Assembly: GCA_973895155.1 (NCBI GenBank)
Contig: OZ316891.1
Span: forward strand, 25,667,899 to 25,731,898
DNA length: 64,000 nucleotides
Direction: 5' to 3'
Origin: Marsupella aquatica
Lineage: Eukaryota > Plantae > Marchantiophyta
Below are positions 12,983 through 26,697 of the stretch, in pieces. The position numbers and the translations under genes are program-made. Every line of letters starts with the position of its first letter. Position 1 is the first letter of the stretch. A model generated the notes under the pieces. It searched no databases. It saw only the letters and a program-made list of their open reading frames with translations, and was not told where the DNA came from.

Positions 12983-14852
12983 GGTGCTGGCCGGCCTCGA
13001 GCAACATGGAGAGAAGATTTAAAAGTTAATCTCGACCTTCCGAGATTCGGGATCGACGGCGGAGATCTGATGATGCGACGAATATGCTTTTTGGAGGGAA
13101 AGGCTTACCTCAGTACTCTACTGTACCACTGAATTGAAGATGATTTCACTGCCGGCGAAGACGATCTCTGATTCCCTTTTCGACGGCACCTTTTCGTTTT
13201 TTCGCTCTCCCTTTCTCTGTCGACTGCTTTTCGTTGCTGGAAGAGGAGTAACTTTTGGTCAGTTTGGTCTTTCGTTTTGAGGGATTTTGGTCAAAGCAGT
13301 CAACAGCCTGCATTGCCGAGATTTGTTTGATGTTGCTATGGGAAAAGGAGACGTAAAGCCCCCAAGATTCGGGAGTGAAGTATCTGCTGCTTTTTGAGTT
13401 GGCTGCAGCTGATCCTTCCATCTGGCTGTGTGTGGCTCTCTGTGTCGGTGGGGTGGGTACTGCTGTAGTGGGGAGGAAGTGTGAGAATGTCTTGAAACCT
13501 TCAGGTTGATGCTGATGAGGTGGAGCTTTTCTGGTGGCTGTCTCTGTGACGATCGAATGCTTTTGAGTTATAATATGCGAGGCGAGCCTCGTGTTGTTCT
13601 GTTCCCCCTTTTCTGAGCAACGCAATTGATATTTGTTTGCAATTGCCTTTTTGCTGCAATATGTGAAAAGCGAAGGCGTCCGGGGGAGGGGGAGGGGGAG
13701 GGGTTGATCTCTGGAATGATTCGCAGGAGTGTTCTTATGCTCTCTCATTAGGCTATTTTCTAAAGGGGAAAATTGTTGCTGTGCCGACTGTTTCGATTGC
13801 TCTAAATTTCTTAGAAAATTTAGAGGGAAGGACTGAGCTGGGGGTCGAGAGCTGCCGGTGTTGGTATCTTATCAAGGTTTGCTTCCTGAAGGGAAAGGAA
13901 GCAATGTCGTTTAATGAATATGGAAGGGGTTTGTTCCTGAGGGAGCAACAAAGTGAGGTGAAGCTTCTTAGGGAGAGCTTATAACTTTGGATCAGCTTTT
14001 CTCCAGATGCGTTTTTGGAGACACCCTAGCTGTGAAGAGACGTGGTGGTCTACGAAACGAATGTGTTCCAGCACGATGGGGAGCTATGATGGGCTGCTCC
14101 TGGCTCGCTCGGTTGGAGAAGAGGAGTTTCTGTGCCTGCCCGCGCTGAGAGAAAACCAGGGCCTGGGACCTTACCCTAGAGATGAGGCGTATCACTCTAC
14201 GTGGTGATTTCAAAATCCAACAGCGAGTTGTGGCTCTCGAAGTGTATTTGATGATTTCGTTGGGGGAGGAGAGTGTGATCCGAGGGGGGAATTTGAATCA
14301 CAGTTCCTGTCCTGCTGGAGCTATTTGTCAAAGCTCTTTCAATCTCTAGTTTGTTGACAAAGATGTACTGGATTTTCGTGTTTTCTTGGGAACCTGTCTG
14401 AGTATCAGGTATTTTACATTGCAGGTCCTCTGTGGGATCTGGTGCTATCAAGGGAATCAGTGCGTTGCGGAACCATAAGCTCTGGTGAGCTGCTTATTTG
14501 TTGACCATGAGGGACTCTTGAAATCAGGGTGTTTCCAGGGAATAATTTGGGAGAGAGGATCTTTACTTCGCCACCTAGGGTGTTGGCGACTTGTCACTCT
14601 CTGTGATCTCGTGTCATCTTGAAAATTAGAGCGTTTCGTGGGAAGCATTTTGAAATCACTTTTTTCACGAAAACATTTGGAGGATCAGTTTTCTCAGCAC
14701 CTGGGCACCTGGCAAGTAGGCCGTTCCTGTTGGTCGTTTGAAATCCCATCAGGGAAGTGCTTGCCGTGTGGTCCTAGCTGTTTGAATTCATCCAGAGTCA
14801 AATACTCACGCTGGCTACCAGCTGAGAATTTGATTCCCTGGATTTTCGGCCC

Positions 14853-15641
14853 ATGGGGGGTATGGGGAACAACGATCTGGATGAACCGTTCTTCACACCC
14901 TCGGGTAGTCTTAGTCCGAGGACAAGACCGAGTAGCCCGGGAACTTTCAGCAGCGCCTCCAGCAGCCTCCTCAGCAGCCCTTTCAGCAGTAGAGCATCAT
15001 CAAGCCTTTTCACTCTTGCACGGTCATCAAGATCTCGGCACAGGCAAAAGAAATCAGTGGCACTAATTCGGTCTCTGGTTCACTATTCCATGTCCCCATT
15101 CTCCTTGATGGGTCCTTGCAGGTGGCTGACAATTCCCTCTCAGCGTGAAGGTCTCATTCTTGGGAGCCGAGTGACGGGCACTATTTTTGGGCATAGGAGG
15201 GGTCACGTCCATTTCGCAGTCCAGGACGATCAGAGGTCATTTCCCATATTCATTCTGGAGCTGGCTACTCCGACTAGTACCCTCGTGAAGGATATGGCCT
15301 CTGGGCTAGTGAGAATTGCGCTTGAATGTGAGAAGCTGCCTCATAGTGGGAAACTCTACGAGGAGCCAATTTGGAGTATGTTCTGCAACGGTAGGAAGAC
15401 TGGATATGCCATCAGGAGAGTATGTACTGAGTTTGATCGGTACATTTTGACCGTAGTTCAAGCTGTCTCCATGGGCGCCGGAGTTCTGCCTACAGATGAC
15501 GAGAGTACCGACGGAGAACTGATGTACATGAGAGCTCGGTTTGAGAGAATAATTGGCTCACGCGACTCCGAGGCGTTCTACATGATGAATCCTGATGGAA
15601 CTGGTGGACCCGAGCTCAGCATTTTTTTGCTAAGAGTCTAA
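14853..15641 (+). CDS. MIZ1: MIZU-KUSSEI 1-like protein (DUF617)
   Basis: Intact single-exon 262-aa ORF with VTGTIFGHRRGHVHFAVQ, GLVRIALECEK, WSMFCNGRKTGYA, VSMGAGVLP, GELMYMRARFER and GGPELSIFLLRV. Confidence 0.95.
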   Translation: MGGMGNNDLDEPFFTPSGSLSPRTRPSSPGTFSSASSSLLSSPFSSRASSSLFTLARSSRSRHRQKKSVALIRSLVHYSMSPFSLMGPCRWLTIPSQREGLILGSRVTGTIFGHRRGHVHFAVQDDQRSFPIFILELATPTSTLVKDMASGLVRIALECEKLPHSGKLYEEPIWSMFCNGRKTGYAIRRVCTEFDRYILTVVQAVSMGAGVLPTDDESTDGELMYMRARFERIIGSRDSEAFYMMNPDGTGGPELSIFLLRV

Positions 15642-15854
15642 ATTAATTGATGGCTGGTGTTTGTTTACTGTAAATTCGTCCACATTCTGAAATGTTCCTG
15701 GACTGGGCAGTGGATATGGCTTCCGTCTCCACTGGCGATTGACTCGCTGCCGCATTCCAAGATGTAGGATTATACCATTGACCAGAGAGAAAGGTTGCAC
15801 TCAAATGGGTCAAGAGTTATGCGTAGTCTGTAACCTAACGTACGTGAGGACGAG

Positions 15855-15923
15855 AAGACCTCATCCGGTGAGGTAAGTAGACCTCATCCGGTGAGGTAAG
15901 AAGACCTCATCCGGTGAGGTAAG
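15855..15923. repeat. 3 x 23-bp tandem repeat, each unit a hairpin
   Basis: (A/T)AGACCTCATCCGGTGAGGTAAG x3, with an ACCTCA/TGAGGT stem and no spacers. Confidence 0.9.
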
Positions 15924-17325
15924 ATAGGGAAGGCCCACTTTCAAGCATAGCTAACAGTGATTGATTTTGGACATTTTAGTTCCCTGAGGGAAGTGGCCGG
16001 CCTGTACATTGGACTACAACAACTGTATGTACAAGCTTTCGCGTGGGTACTCGAGGATGAAGTTCTAGAATTGGATGACAGGATGCCTGAGAAAGTCTTC
16101 GATACCCTTTTGGGGAATGACTGCACTAAAGCAGATGACCTCAAGAGTCCGTTGTGACCCCAGTTCATTTATGCCTGTTGCTTGAATGGCTGAACATTCA
16201 GATTTGATGTGATGTACAATTACGTATGTGTATGCAACTCTGCTCAATTTAGAGTCACTGAACCCATTTGTGCCCCGTTTCCACTGTGAGCATGATTTCG
16301 ACTCCCACCTCTCGTCCTTGTAAGATGTTTCCGATGAATGACAATCTTTCCCTTTCCTATTCTATGTTGTATTGATATTGTCGATGCGAATGTACTTAAC
16401 TAGCTCAGACCTTGACTCTCCGGAGAGAACCCTAGGCTTCATTCCTTTTTAGTAGACTGAACTTTAGATTTCCGATTAGTAATAATAACGAGCTGTAAAC
16501 TCCATAACCCCTGATTTGTGAATTTGAGGCTGCTGAGAGGGGATTTCTTCGTCATTATAGACCGCAAGCCCTACCTACTGCCTCTAATCGAGATGTTGGA
16601 AACGGGTAAATTTCAGAGCTGAAGTTCCTTTCTAGAGGATTTTGGGGTCTTGACAGCACGGGAGGAATGCAGTATGCAGACTTTAGAGCTGTACAAGTTC
16701 ACTGCTCCAGTTACGTTAATTTGAGGTAATGGACGATAGCATTATGGAGAGTGAGATTATCTGTGGTCTGTTCATGTGCCAGATATCTCGAGATTGAAGA
16801 CTTAGGTGTGGGCAATATATGTCATGTGACGGCAGAAGGTCTTGCCATTCCAGTATTAGTGACCGTTGGAAGCACATACTCCAACATATCCAATTTGTGT
16901 TCAAGCCACTGTTGTCGATTTGTGCGTTTGATGGGCTGGGAAGTTTCCAAGACGGGCCTAGGTTCTGTTCTCTGGTCTCCACATGAGACAATAGATGGTA
17001 AATTTCTGAATTGGATGGTTGCAAGAGGATGGATACTTCGGGTAGAGTCCAAACTACTGCTATTTGTCAATAGTGACAACAATGATCTCATGTACGAGTC
17101 TTCTATATATAAAGATATTTCTATCTAAGCATCTGAGCCCAACCATTTACAGAGCCTAGACCTCCAAGCATGTCTTAAAAGTGAATACATTTACGAACAA
17201 CAGGGAGAATAGGTCCGGCCTTCTTAAAAGCGCATAAACTGAAAGTATTCCTTGGACAGTCCGAAATCGCATTCTCTTTCCAAAATGTTCCACGAAAGTA
17301 GCGACATCGCATGAGCTTTCATAGC

Positions 17326-17418
17326 TGTTCCAACTTTTGTCCCACTTCCAACTTACATTCCAAAATGTACTTGTTCCAACTTTTGTCCCACTTCCAACTT
17401 ACATTCCAAAATGTACTT
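17326..17418. repeat. Tandem duplication of ~46 bp
   Basis: TGTTCCAACTTTTGTCCCACTTCCAACTTACATTCCAAAATGTACT x2. Confidence 0.9.
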
Positions 17419-18550
17419 CTGTTGGCGGATGTCATCTTCACCGGCAGAGGACGAGCCTCTTGGTGGCAACGGTGAACGACCATTTTCACACGAGTTGCCA
17501 AACAAGGACGCGGCCAAATCTGGGCTAACACTGCCATGAATTTAGTTGTCTTGTTGTCTTGTTGGGTTCCAGGGATGCGTACTCTGTGAACTGGCATACA
17601 TGCAGGACGTGAAGAAAATTAAGTTCTGTGGGTACTTCGCACACGATGGGTGATTTATCAATTCGAGGTCTTCAATTGCATTCTACCACAATCATCTTGA
17701 CAGCCGGACTCATTGGGATACCCAGCATAAATAGTTAACTGAAATGTTTTTGACTCACGGTGCGCGCATTTGTATAACGAGCCTGAATGCCCATTCTTTG
17801 AATGACAATAGTGATAATAAAATTGAGCATGCAAAATCATTTTGACATACCGCGAGACATACCGTAGATCCTATTTTGCTCTCCATCTACAGACATATGG
17901 TGGGGCCCTAGAGGTATGGTCTAGAGTCTTCACTCTAGAAACCTAAAGACACCCCAACTCTAGCTTCTGTTCGGGAATTAGTAGTAAGATTGTAGTTGGT
18001 CATAGAATATAAACAAAATTGGTCTTTTATGACCTCTGAAACATTCGGAAATCTCTTAGCTTATGTACTACTGAAGTGGATCACCGCTGGATTCTCCACC
18101 TCCATATTATCACCACCTAAACTACCTCAATATATCTCTTGCGATGCAGTCGTCGTCCTCAGTCCTCCTAGAAACCAAACTACCACAAATTTCAGAGATG
18201 CAACTAAGAAACCTATGGCTGCCAATTACGAAGTTGATGATTATGGCAAAATTCTTCTTTCAAGTAAAGTCCTCACCCGTCTGAATTTGAGTTTTTCAGC
18301 CTCATCAGATGCCTCTTAGCAATTTCATGTAACAGCTGAGATTCTGCAGCTCTTCATATCTGACGCACTCTTGTTAGGTATAGTCCGGCAATGGGAACCC
18401 ATTGCAGATCCATTCACCATTGTAGCTGTCATAGTGGGGTCCAGCTAATTAACGAGCTAGGACCAATATTTGAATTTTGTACAATTAATCTAGCTTGCGT
18501 ACATTTCAAAGTCCTGAGATTCCACTGGTTGAGTAACTAGTAGCAGATCT

Positions 18551-19718
18551 TCACAACGTCGAAGGAGAGGCAATGCTTTTCAACACAGACACCTCCACCG
18601 TCAAGCCCGGTCCGAAAGCAAGACAATTCCCCATTCAGCTCCCTCACCAGTCGTCGTGTAATTCTTTTGGGCCGATAGAATCCTCATTTGGTCCAGCACG
18701 AAGAGCACACTAGCACCAGACATGTTGCCGTAGTCGTAGAGCACATCCCTGGTTGCCTTCAGCTTCTCGGGCTTCAAACTCAGTGCCTTCTCCAGCTCAT
18801 CAAGGATGGCACGACCTCCCGGGTGCACAACCCAGAAGATGTCATTCCAGCCCGGAGATCCGGTCATTTGAGATTGAGCAGCATTGAAAATGGGCAATGT
18901 GTTCCTTGAAATGATCCCTGGAACGTCCTTGAGAAGGTGAAACATCAGACCGGCTTGCGTCAGGCGCCCTTCGATGGCACCGTCGCTCGCGGGAAGGATC
19001 GTCTCGCGGACCAGTGAATTTCGTAGAGTGGTCTCTCCACCTTCAGCGGGTCGGAGCCGATGACTAGCACTGAAGCGCCATCGCCAAAGATGGCAGACCC
19101 GACCAAGTTGTCCAGATGCTCCTCGCTGGGCGCTCTGAATGTCACACAAGTGAGCTCGCTCACCACCGTCAGAACTCTCGCGCCCTTGTTGTTCTCCGCC
19201 AAATCCTTCGCCACACGTAGAACCGTGGCTCCCCCAAAGCATCCTTGCTGGTAGAGCATAGTTCGTTTCACGGTGGGGTTGAGCCCGAGGAGTCTCGTCA
19301 GAGTGCGATCGGCTCCAGGCATGTTGACTCCACTAGTGGTGGCAAAAACGACGTGAGTGATCTTGTCTCTAGATTGGCCCCACTCCCGGAGAGCCTGTTC
19401 CCCAGCCTGGGCCGCCAAATTTGGCACCTCGGATACTGGCGATCGCCTGACGGCAATCCAACGAGGGATCTTTATAGGTACACATTTCCGGGTTGGCCTT
19501 CAGAATCTCTTCATTGCAGAGGAAGTAGTGTTTGTTGATTCCGGAGTTTTTGCAGATGCGAGCGAACTTGGATTTGAGCGAGTCTTCTCATTGCTGTTCG
19601 TGATGTCGAAGAAGAAGTCCGCGTACTCGCTCTGAGGATACGCAGTTGGCGGCACAGCTTTGCCAATGGCGAGCACAACTGCTGGCCCTTCAGCTCTCTG
19701 GTGCCGATAGACCGCCAT
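18551..19718 (-). pseudogene. Chalcone-synthase-like type III polyketide synthase, intronless, four 1-nt frameshifts
   Basis: Reconstructs to [19 protein letters not shown]...[10 protein letters not shown]...[12 protein letters not shown]...[22 protein letters not shown]...WVVHPGG...YGNMSGAS...FGPGLTVE...STL*. The Cys-His-Asn triad is present. Indels at ~19580 (-1), ~19437 (+1), ~19008 (-1) and ~18619 (-1). No intron at the conserved first Cys codon. Confidence 0.93.
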
Positions 19719-21755
19719 AGCAATTAACGTACGAAGAATGGAAGTCTAAAGTCTGCGAAGACTCTAAGTAACACAGTGTCACAGAAACTCGGATTAGCTG
19801 TTCAAATGCTCGTGAGAAGACACGCTGACTCAGTGAATTCCTAACCTGACTATGTTGGAAGGATTGGCGGAGGATGAACTTAAAAGAGTTCAGGTGATAG
19901 TGGATCCTCAGTGGAGCGCAAAGAGTGTATTAAGATGACATGACTCTAAAAGCATGAAACTGTGAATCGTCCTGATGTGTGAGCTGAGTGGAGCTAGTGT
20001 GTGTAGCACGTACGTAAGTAATGAAACGGCTGACGATTGATTGATCTGGAAATGATGAGGGTGGTATTTGTACCTTTCGCACGGAGATATATAATTTGTA
20101 CACTATCTTGAAAAATAAACCGGGTCAAACGTGGGAATAGGGAGAATCTAGTCTCAAGACCATGTAGCCAAGCTGTGGCCATGGTCAAGCCGGAATCGTG
20201 CACGAGGACTTTGGGGCTAATTGGGTACCCAACTTAAACGAGCGGCCTAGACAGAATATCGGAACAATCACGACCAACGTTTCATCCAAGGGAAATTGCC
20301 CACCAAGATTATTGCATCTCCCTCGGACGTCTGATCAGACGGATTGGAATGGTCGTCTGTCGTCAACACGTTTCGACCTGTATCTGCGCAATTTAGAACA
20401 TGTTTACTCCTTTAGAGTGGCATTTTGTGCCTAATCTGAACACGGAACCTGATTGCCAATTATAAGACTAATTTTAGAATCCTGAAACAGTCAGTACTGT
20501 AAGGTGATACATCTGACCGCAGCTGTGGACTGTAGATGTAAAGCATGACCGCCCAGACGGTAACTTTGCCCACCGTTGGGTCGAAGCCTAGTAGGTAAGT
20601 CCTTTCCGTCTTTGGTGCTTCTTTGTGCAAACGGAGACTGCTTTCCTTTAAGTTGTCATTAAGTCCTTTCCGTCTTTGCATGGTGCTTCTTTGTCCAAAC
20701 GGAGACCGCTTTCCTTCAAGTAGTCCTATCCGCTCCGAGATTGGGTGATTGGCTCAGATTCCATGAACTCGCTTCAGAGCGGTGTGCTTCTCAGATCGTC
20801 GGCGAAAATCTACTCCCATTGTGGGCGCCATTAGCATACCGTTTTGGTTCATGATTGAGGTCTATAAGAAATGGGACACAGTCAACCCACAACCCAAAAT
20901 GAAAAGAATTGTGCCTCAGGTTCAAAGAATCGGGGCATTGGGACTTGGGCTATGGCCGTCAGTCATCAGGTTTCCTTGGTCCTCTCTGGACTCTTGTCTG
21001 CTGGATTGGCTGGTTGTCTCCTAATCCACAATCTTGGTTAGAGCAGTCGAGAGAGCAGTCCCTGTAAGATCCACGGCGATTGTATTCTCGTCCCAATTGT
21101 GACCGCCGCAGTGCAGCGTTTGGTTTTCCTGAATGGACATTTCTGTAAATGGGACACAGTGAACATGAGAAGAAAACTATTGTCATCAGGCTCAGTTTCA
21201 AAGAATCGGGCTACAGTCACTGTCTCTTGTCTATTTTGTATTAATCTGTGGTAGGCAGCCGCCTTTTAGTAATGAGTATAGTTTTTAGGTGGCTTTACAA
21301 GGCGTAGGGGGCCATTTGGGCTTGTCAAAGTACTACCATGCAGTGCTACCATGCTAAGGTCATTAGGGTGTGTCAAAGTAATACCGTAACCAAGTCTTAT
21401 TGCTGTGACTTTTTGGATGTCTGGTGCTTACTTGGCACGTATATGGGTAGCCTGTAAAAGATTTGGCAGTGAAATTATTTTATTAACAGTATCTTGCTTA
21501 CAGCCGTGTTTTGACATGCATATTGTCTATGTTTATTTAATTCAGGGCGAGATTAGATGGACAACTGTACAATGAGTGGAAACTGCTATAGTTTACTTTC
21601 TCTGGGGCACATCCAAGGTGTCTTACAGAATCTTATATGTCAATAGTCGACTGAGTGGAAAGTGCATGTTATAGTTTGCTTTACAATAACAGAAGCTTAC
21701 ATGGCAAGGAGTGCTTACTTTTCTATAATTTCAGACCAGAGATGACCCAGGCAAA

Positions 21756-21968
21756 CAATGTGCTTTTAGTGGCAGAAATTAGATTCCGCCTCATTGAAAG
21801 GCTTCACCAATTTTGACTAGCATTCTTAGGTCTTTTGTCTTAGATTTGAGAGTTTCCCACCTAATCAGAGACCCCAGTAGCCAAAATATAATATGACTGC
21901 CACATATTATTCTAAGATAATTAGGTTAGGAATATTCCCAGCATCTTTTCTTTAGCAACCAACGTCAC
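21756..21968 (+). mobile_element. Degenerate copy of a ~230-bp MITE-like family
   Basis: Shares TTTTAGTGGC.GAAATT, CCCACCTAAT and GAATATTC..AGCATCTT with the copies at 34513 and 38151. Confidence 0.5.
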
Positions 21969-24900
21969 ATGCATTTGTCACCCTGGTTAAAAAGAAAAAC
22001 CTTCAAAATGATGCTAGATCCTGAAATTTCCATACTTTGACTATTTATTTTCTAGAGATGACTGCAAATTTATTGAATTCATTTCAAAAGAATTTTAGTC
22101 TGGAGTCTATCTATAGAATAAGCAGTAGCTGTCACTCCAATTTGCTTGTGAAAAAAATCACAAAGTCTTGTCAAGATAGTCACGCTTAAAGGCTCCAATT
22201 TGCTTGTGAAAGAAATCACAAAGTGCCCCTAACTTCTTGTCAAGATAGTCACTTCTAAAGAAACTGGCTTAGGGAAGTTGGCCAAGGAGTAGCCTAGAAC
22301 CAAGAGGGTCCCAGGTTCTATTAATCCAAATGCAAGGGGTGGGGAGTTTATGTACATGTGTGTATGTGTGAGTGGTGGGTAGTTGTGAGACTCTGGTCTA
22401 CTGCGCAACAGTGCACACTGTCTTGTACAGTGCATTCAGTGGGTAGCCGAAGGCCAATCATGTATTCCCCTAGTATTGAAGCATTTCCTTTGTAAATGCA
22501 CTAAAGAATGCACCCTTTGTAAGTGCAGGTCAATATCATTTGACAGCATACACATAAGTGCATTTCCATCTGTAAGACTGCATATGCATTCATCAGTTAG
22601 TGCAATGCATATGATAGAATCATTTGGTGATAAGTGCAGTGGAAATGTACTATATTAGTAGTTTCATGCACTTATCCAGTTGAATTGTGCAGTATGAGGG
22701 TTTGGGATGTCATGTCCATACACATTGCCACACAATATACATCACGTCTCGCACACATCCAAACATAGACACAAAGTTTAACACACATGTAAGAGAATGA
22801 GTTACAAGTGGAGCTCATGTAATTCATACATGTCCAAAACCCACAATAATCTTCACAAAATCAACCTGCGATTGACGTTAACAATACACAACCAATCACG
22901 CACGTCCAATCCAATCACACACAAATGTCGAGCCAAACACACCTTGTGCTTCAAAGAATCCACGTTACCTGCACATAACCTGGTCGGCCACACCATAGCC
23001 ACCAGAGCTCATGCTCAAAAGCCCAACATCGAAAGATGAGGCCTTAATTTGAGCCACCACAAGGGATAACTCTCCCTCCAAAAGTCACAAGGGATAACTC
23101 TCCCTCCAAACGTAAACTGAACCCTATTGGCTAATATTACCTTGCATATATAACACACATATGAAAAACCATAAAGTCATATATATGACATGATATATTC
23201 TAATAACACTCATAATGGAGTGACAGGAATTATGAGGTGTCATATGTGTATGACCAGATAACACATATGAGGAAGTCCATAAATGATTTCAAATGCACCT
23301 ATTGGATAGTCAGCATGCCCATATGGAGAAGTGCATGACTATTAGTGCCTATATGACGTAGTGCATGACAGTGTGCATGACTTGAATGGATAAGTGCAGG
23401 CTTGGGGAGTCGTCCCGAGAGCCTGCACTTAGACAGGTAGAGTATAGTTACTGGTTTAATTCTCCACTGTGGGGCCCTGTTTTTACCCTCTCTCCTTCCA
23501 TGGTCCCTGGTCCCTTTTGGCTACTGTACAAGGGGCATGCTCCTGGGCACCTCCAGAATAGTTCATCTATCATCTATCCTCTGTTGGATTGGTCTTTAGG
23601 TTTCAGGAGAAGAAAAGACATCCTTAATAAGTATTAAACCCCCACAGTCTACCAGGTTTGGGGAGGACAAAAAGGTGAGCTATATTACTTTTTTGAGAAT
23701 ATTTTTATAAATATTTACTCATTTTAGTAGTTTGAATCCAGCAGGTTTTGATTGGGGGAAAGTGTATTCACTCATTTTAGTAATCTGAATCCAGCAGGTT
23801 TTGCTTGGGGGATAGTGACCTTTAAGTCTTCTGGGACAGTGGCGCTGGCCTTTAAGTCATCTGCCCACAGGCTTTCCTTACTGCAGCTGAAGTTTGGCTC
23901 CAGTGGCGCTTTAAGTCATCAGCCACATTTCGTTTGGGCAGCCAAAGTTTGGCTCCCATAACTTTTACTGAAGCTCCCTTAAGCTCCTTGAATTTGTTAA
24001 CTCCTTGGTTTGAGACTCACTATCATTTTTTATTTTTTTCATTGTACTTTGTTTTTCCCTGATTTATAAATTTGCTGGAAGATTTTCTATTCACATTCCA
24101 ACTTTGGTTCATTTCGTGGAGCGATTGTATTAATAATGGAGTCTTTTATTTATTAGAGCAAGAAGTGGCACTCCAATTCGCAAAAAGTGAAAGGTGCCCC
24201 TCACTTGTTGTAAAGCCACCCTAGCCTTGTTTCGCTACCGTGGTTCGTCGGTCTTGGAGCTCTCAGTTGATAGGAGTCATACCCCACCGTTGTGGGAGCC
24301 GAGTCAAATCCATCTACCAGTACATGGAGATTGTCTTGACCAGGATGAGTCTCACTGTCTCAGGGAAGCTCAGACAAAAGACAACGACACAAAACTCTTC
24401 TTCTGCGCAAGTCCCAGTCAAGATTCAAACTGAGTCTTCCAGGCGTTGTGCCACACGGTCCGCCTGGGCGAGCTTCGAAAGACAATGTATGTATATATGA
24501 TCCTGGGATTCTCGGTATTCACAGTCGTTGCTGGAGAGTGGAGACCGACCATACATCCAGCAGTTAGGGAATCTGCAAATCTTACAATTGATCTCCTTGC
24601 ATGTGTATCACTCACAGGAGAGTGCTAGAGTTCTATGTACATCATATTTGCTCGCCCTTCAAGAGCCCTTGTCATTCAGTCTATAGCCAGCTAGTCCTCC
24701 TTCAATTCGCCACGAAACTGCATTGTGCGGAACGGTTGTAAGTGTTGTAGGCAAAATTCTGCTCTCGTACTACTTATTTCATTGAGAGGTCACGGTTTTT
24801 CCATCAAGCCAACAGTAGGGCCCCGAAATCACACTGAATTTTTGAGTTCTGACTCACTCTGAACGCGGTGACAAATCAGTATTAGCGATGGTGATGGAAG

Positions 24901-26697
24901 TGGCAACCCAGCAGGCTTGCGCCACTAGCTTCACCGGCATGGAAGTCGAAATCTGCCTGAGCCCCAGGCCTTCGACCAACTATGCCATCATGCAGTCGGG
25001 TGTACACAAGCTGGACGATCAAAATGCGGACCCCCTATACTGGGCGAGAGCGTCCCATGCAATGCAGCGGAGCCACTGGGAGGAGGTGAAGGCGATGGTG
25101 CAGGAGTTTCAGGAAGCCAAAGAAATTGTCATCCAAGGTGCAACACTCACTCTCGCTCAGGTTGCAGCTGTTGCCAGACGACCGTCCGTGGCAGTGGTGC
25201 TCGATGCTGCAGCTGCCAAGGAGAGAGTGGACGAGAGCTCCAATTGGGTTCTCTCGAACGTGATGAAGGGAACTGACACCTACGGCGTCACAACGGGCTT
25301 CGGAGCCACTTCTCACCGCAGAACCAGCCAAGGCGAGGAGCTTCAGAAAGAGCTCATCCGCTTCCTCAATACCGGAGTGCTTGGCAAGGATCCAGCCAAC
25401 GTTCTCGACGTGGCCACCACCCGAGCTGCCATGTTGGTGAGGACCAACACACTGCTCCAGGGCTACTCGGGCATTCGGTGGGAAATTCTCCAGACACTGC
25501 AGAAGCTTCTCAACAAGCAAATCACTCCCAAACTTCCACTCCGGGGAACCATCACCGCATCAGGGGATCTGGTCCCACTCTCGTACGTTGCTAGGCTTCT
25601 TACCGGGAGACCCAACTCGAGAGCGGTAACTGAAGATGGGAAAGTCGTCACTTCCCATGAAGCAATGAAAATGTGCGGACTTCTCAAGCCGTTTGAGCTG
25701 AAGCCCAAGGAAGGCCTGGCTATGGTGAACGGCACCGCAGGGGGTTCCGGACTGGCATCCACCGTCTGCTACGACGCCAACGTCCTGGCATTGTTCGCAG
25801 AGGTGTCGTCTGCATTGTTCTGTGAGGTGATGCAAGGCAAACCGGAGTTCACCGACCACTTGACTCACAAGCTCAAGCACCACCCAGGGCAGATCGAGGC
25901 AGCAGCCATCATGCAATACGTGCTAGAAGGGAGCTCCTACATGAAGGCAGCAGCTAAGCTGCACGAGAGAGATCCCTTGAAAAAACCTAAGCAGGACAGG
26001 TACGCGTTGAGGACTTCACCACAGTGGCTAGGCCCCCAAATCGAGGTCATTCGCGCGGCCACTCACGCAATTGAGCGGGAAATCAACTCCGTCAATGACA
26101 ACCCGCTCATCGACGTGTCTCGAGACCTTGCCCTGCACGGAGGGAACTTCCAGGGGACTCCAACTGGAGTGTCCATGGACAACATGCGTCTCGCCATCTC
26201 CGCTCTCGGCAAGCTCATGTTCTCACAGATGTCTGAACTCGTCAACGACTTCTACAACAGCGGACTCCCTTCCAATCTCACCGGAGGCCCAAATCCGAGC
26301 CTGGACTACGGCTTTAAGGGCGCCGAAATTGCCATGGCCTCGTACTGTTCCGAGCTTCTGTATCTCGCCAACCCGGTGACCACTCACGTACAAAGCGCCG
26401 AGCAGCACAACCAGGACGTCAACTCCTTGGGCCTCATCTCCGCTCGGAAGACGGCCGAGGCAATTGAGATCTTGAAGCTGATGTCGTCCACGTTTCTCGT
26501 GGCCATGTGCCAAGCGGTGGATCTGAGGCATTTGGAAGAAATCATGCAAGCGGCCGTGAAGCAAGTCGTGGCACAGGCCGCCAAGAAGACTCTCGTTGCT
26601 GCAGATGGCTCGACCCTTCAAACGTCCCGCTTAAATTGTACGAGAGATCTGCTCAAAGTGGTGGACGACAAGGCCCCATTCTCATACATCGACGATG

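Noticed and set aside
15855-15923. Palindromic 23-bp repeats resembling a CRISPR array
   Set aside because: No spacers, no cas genes, eukaryotic context. It is a simple tandem repeat.
15941-17128. Short ORFs downstream of MIZ1
   Set aside because: No recognisable homology or consistent splice structure.
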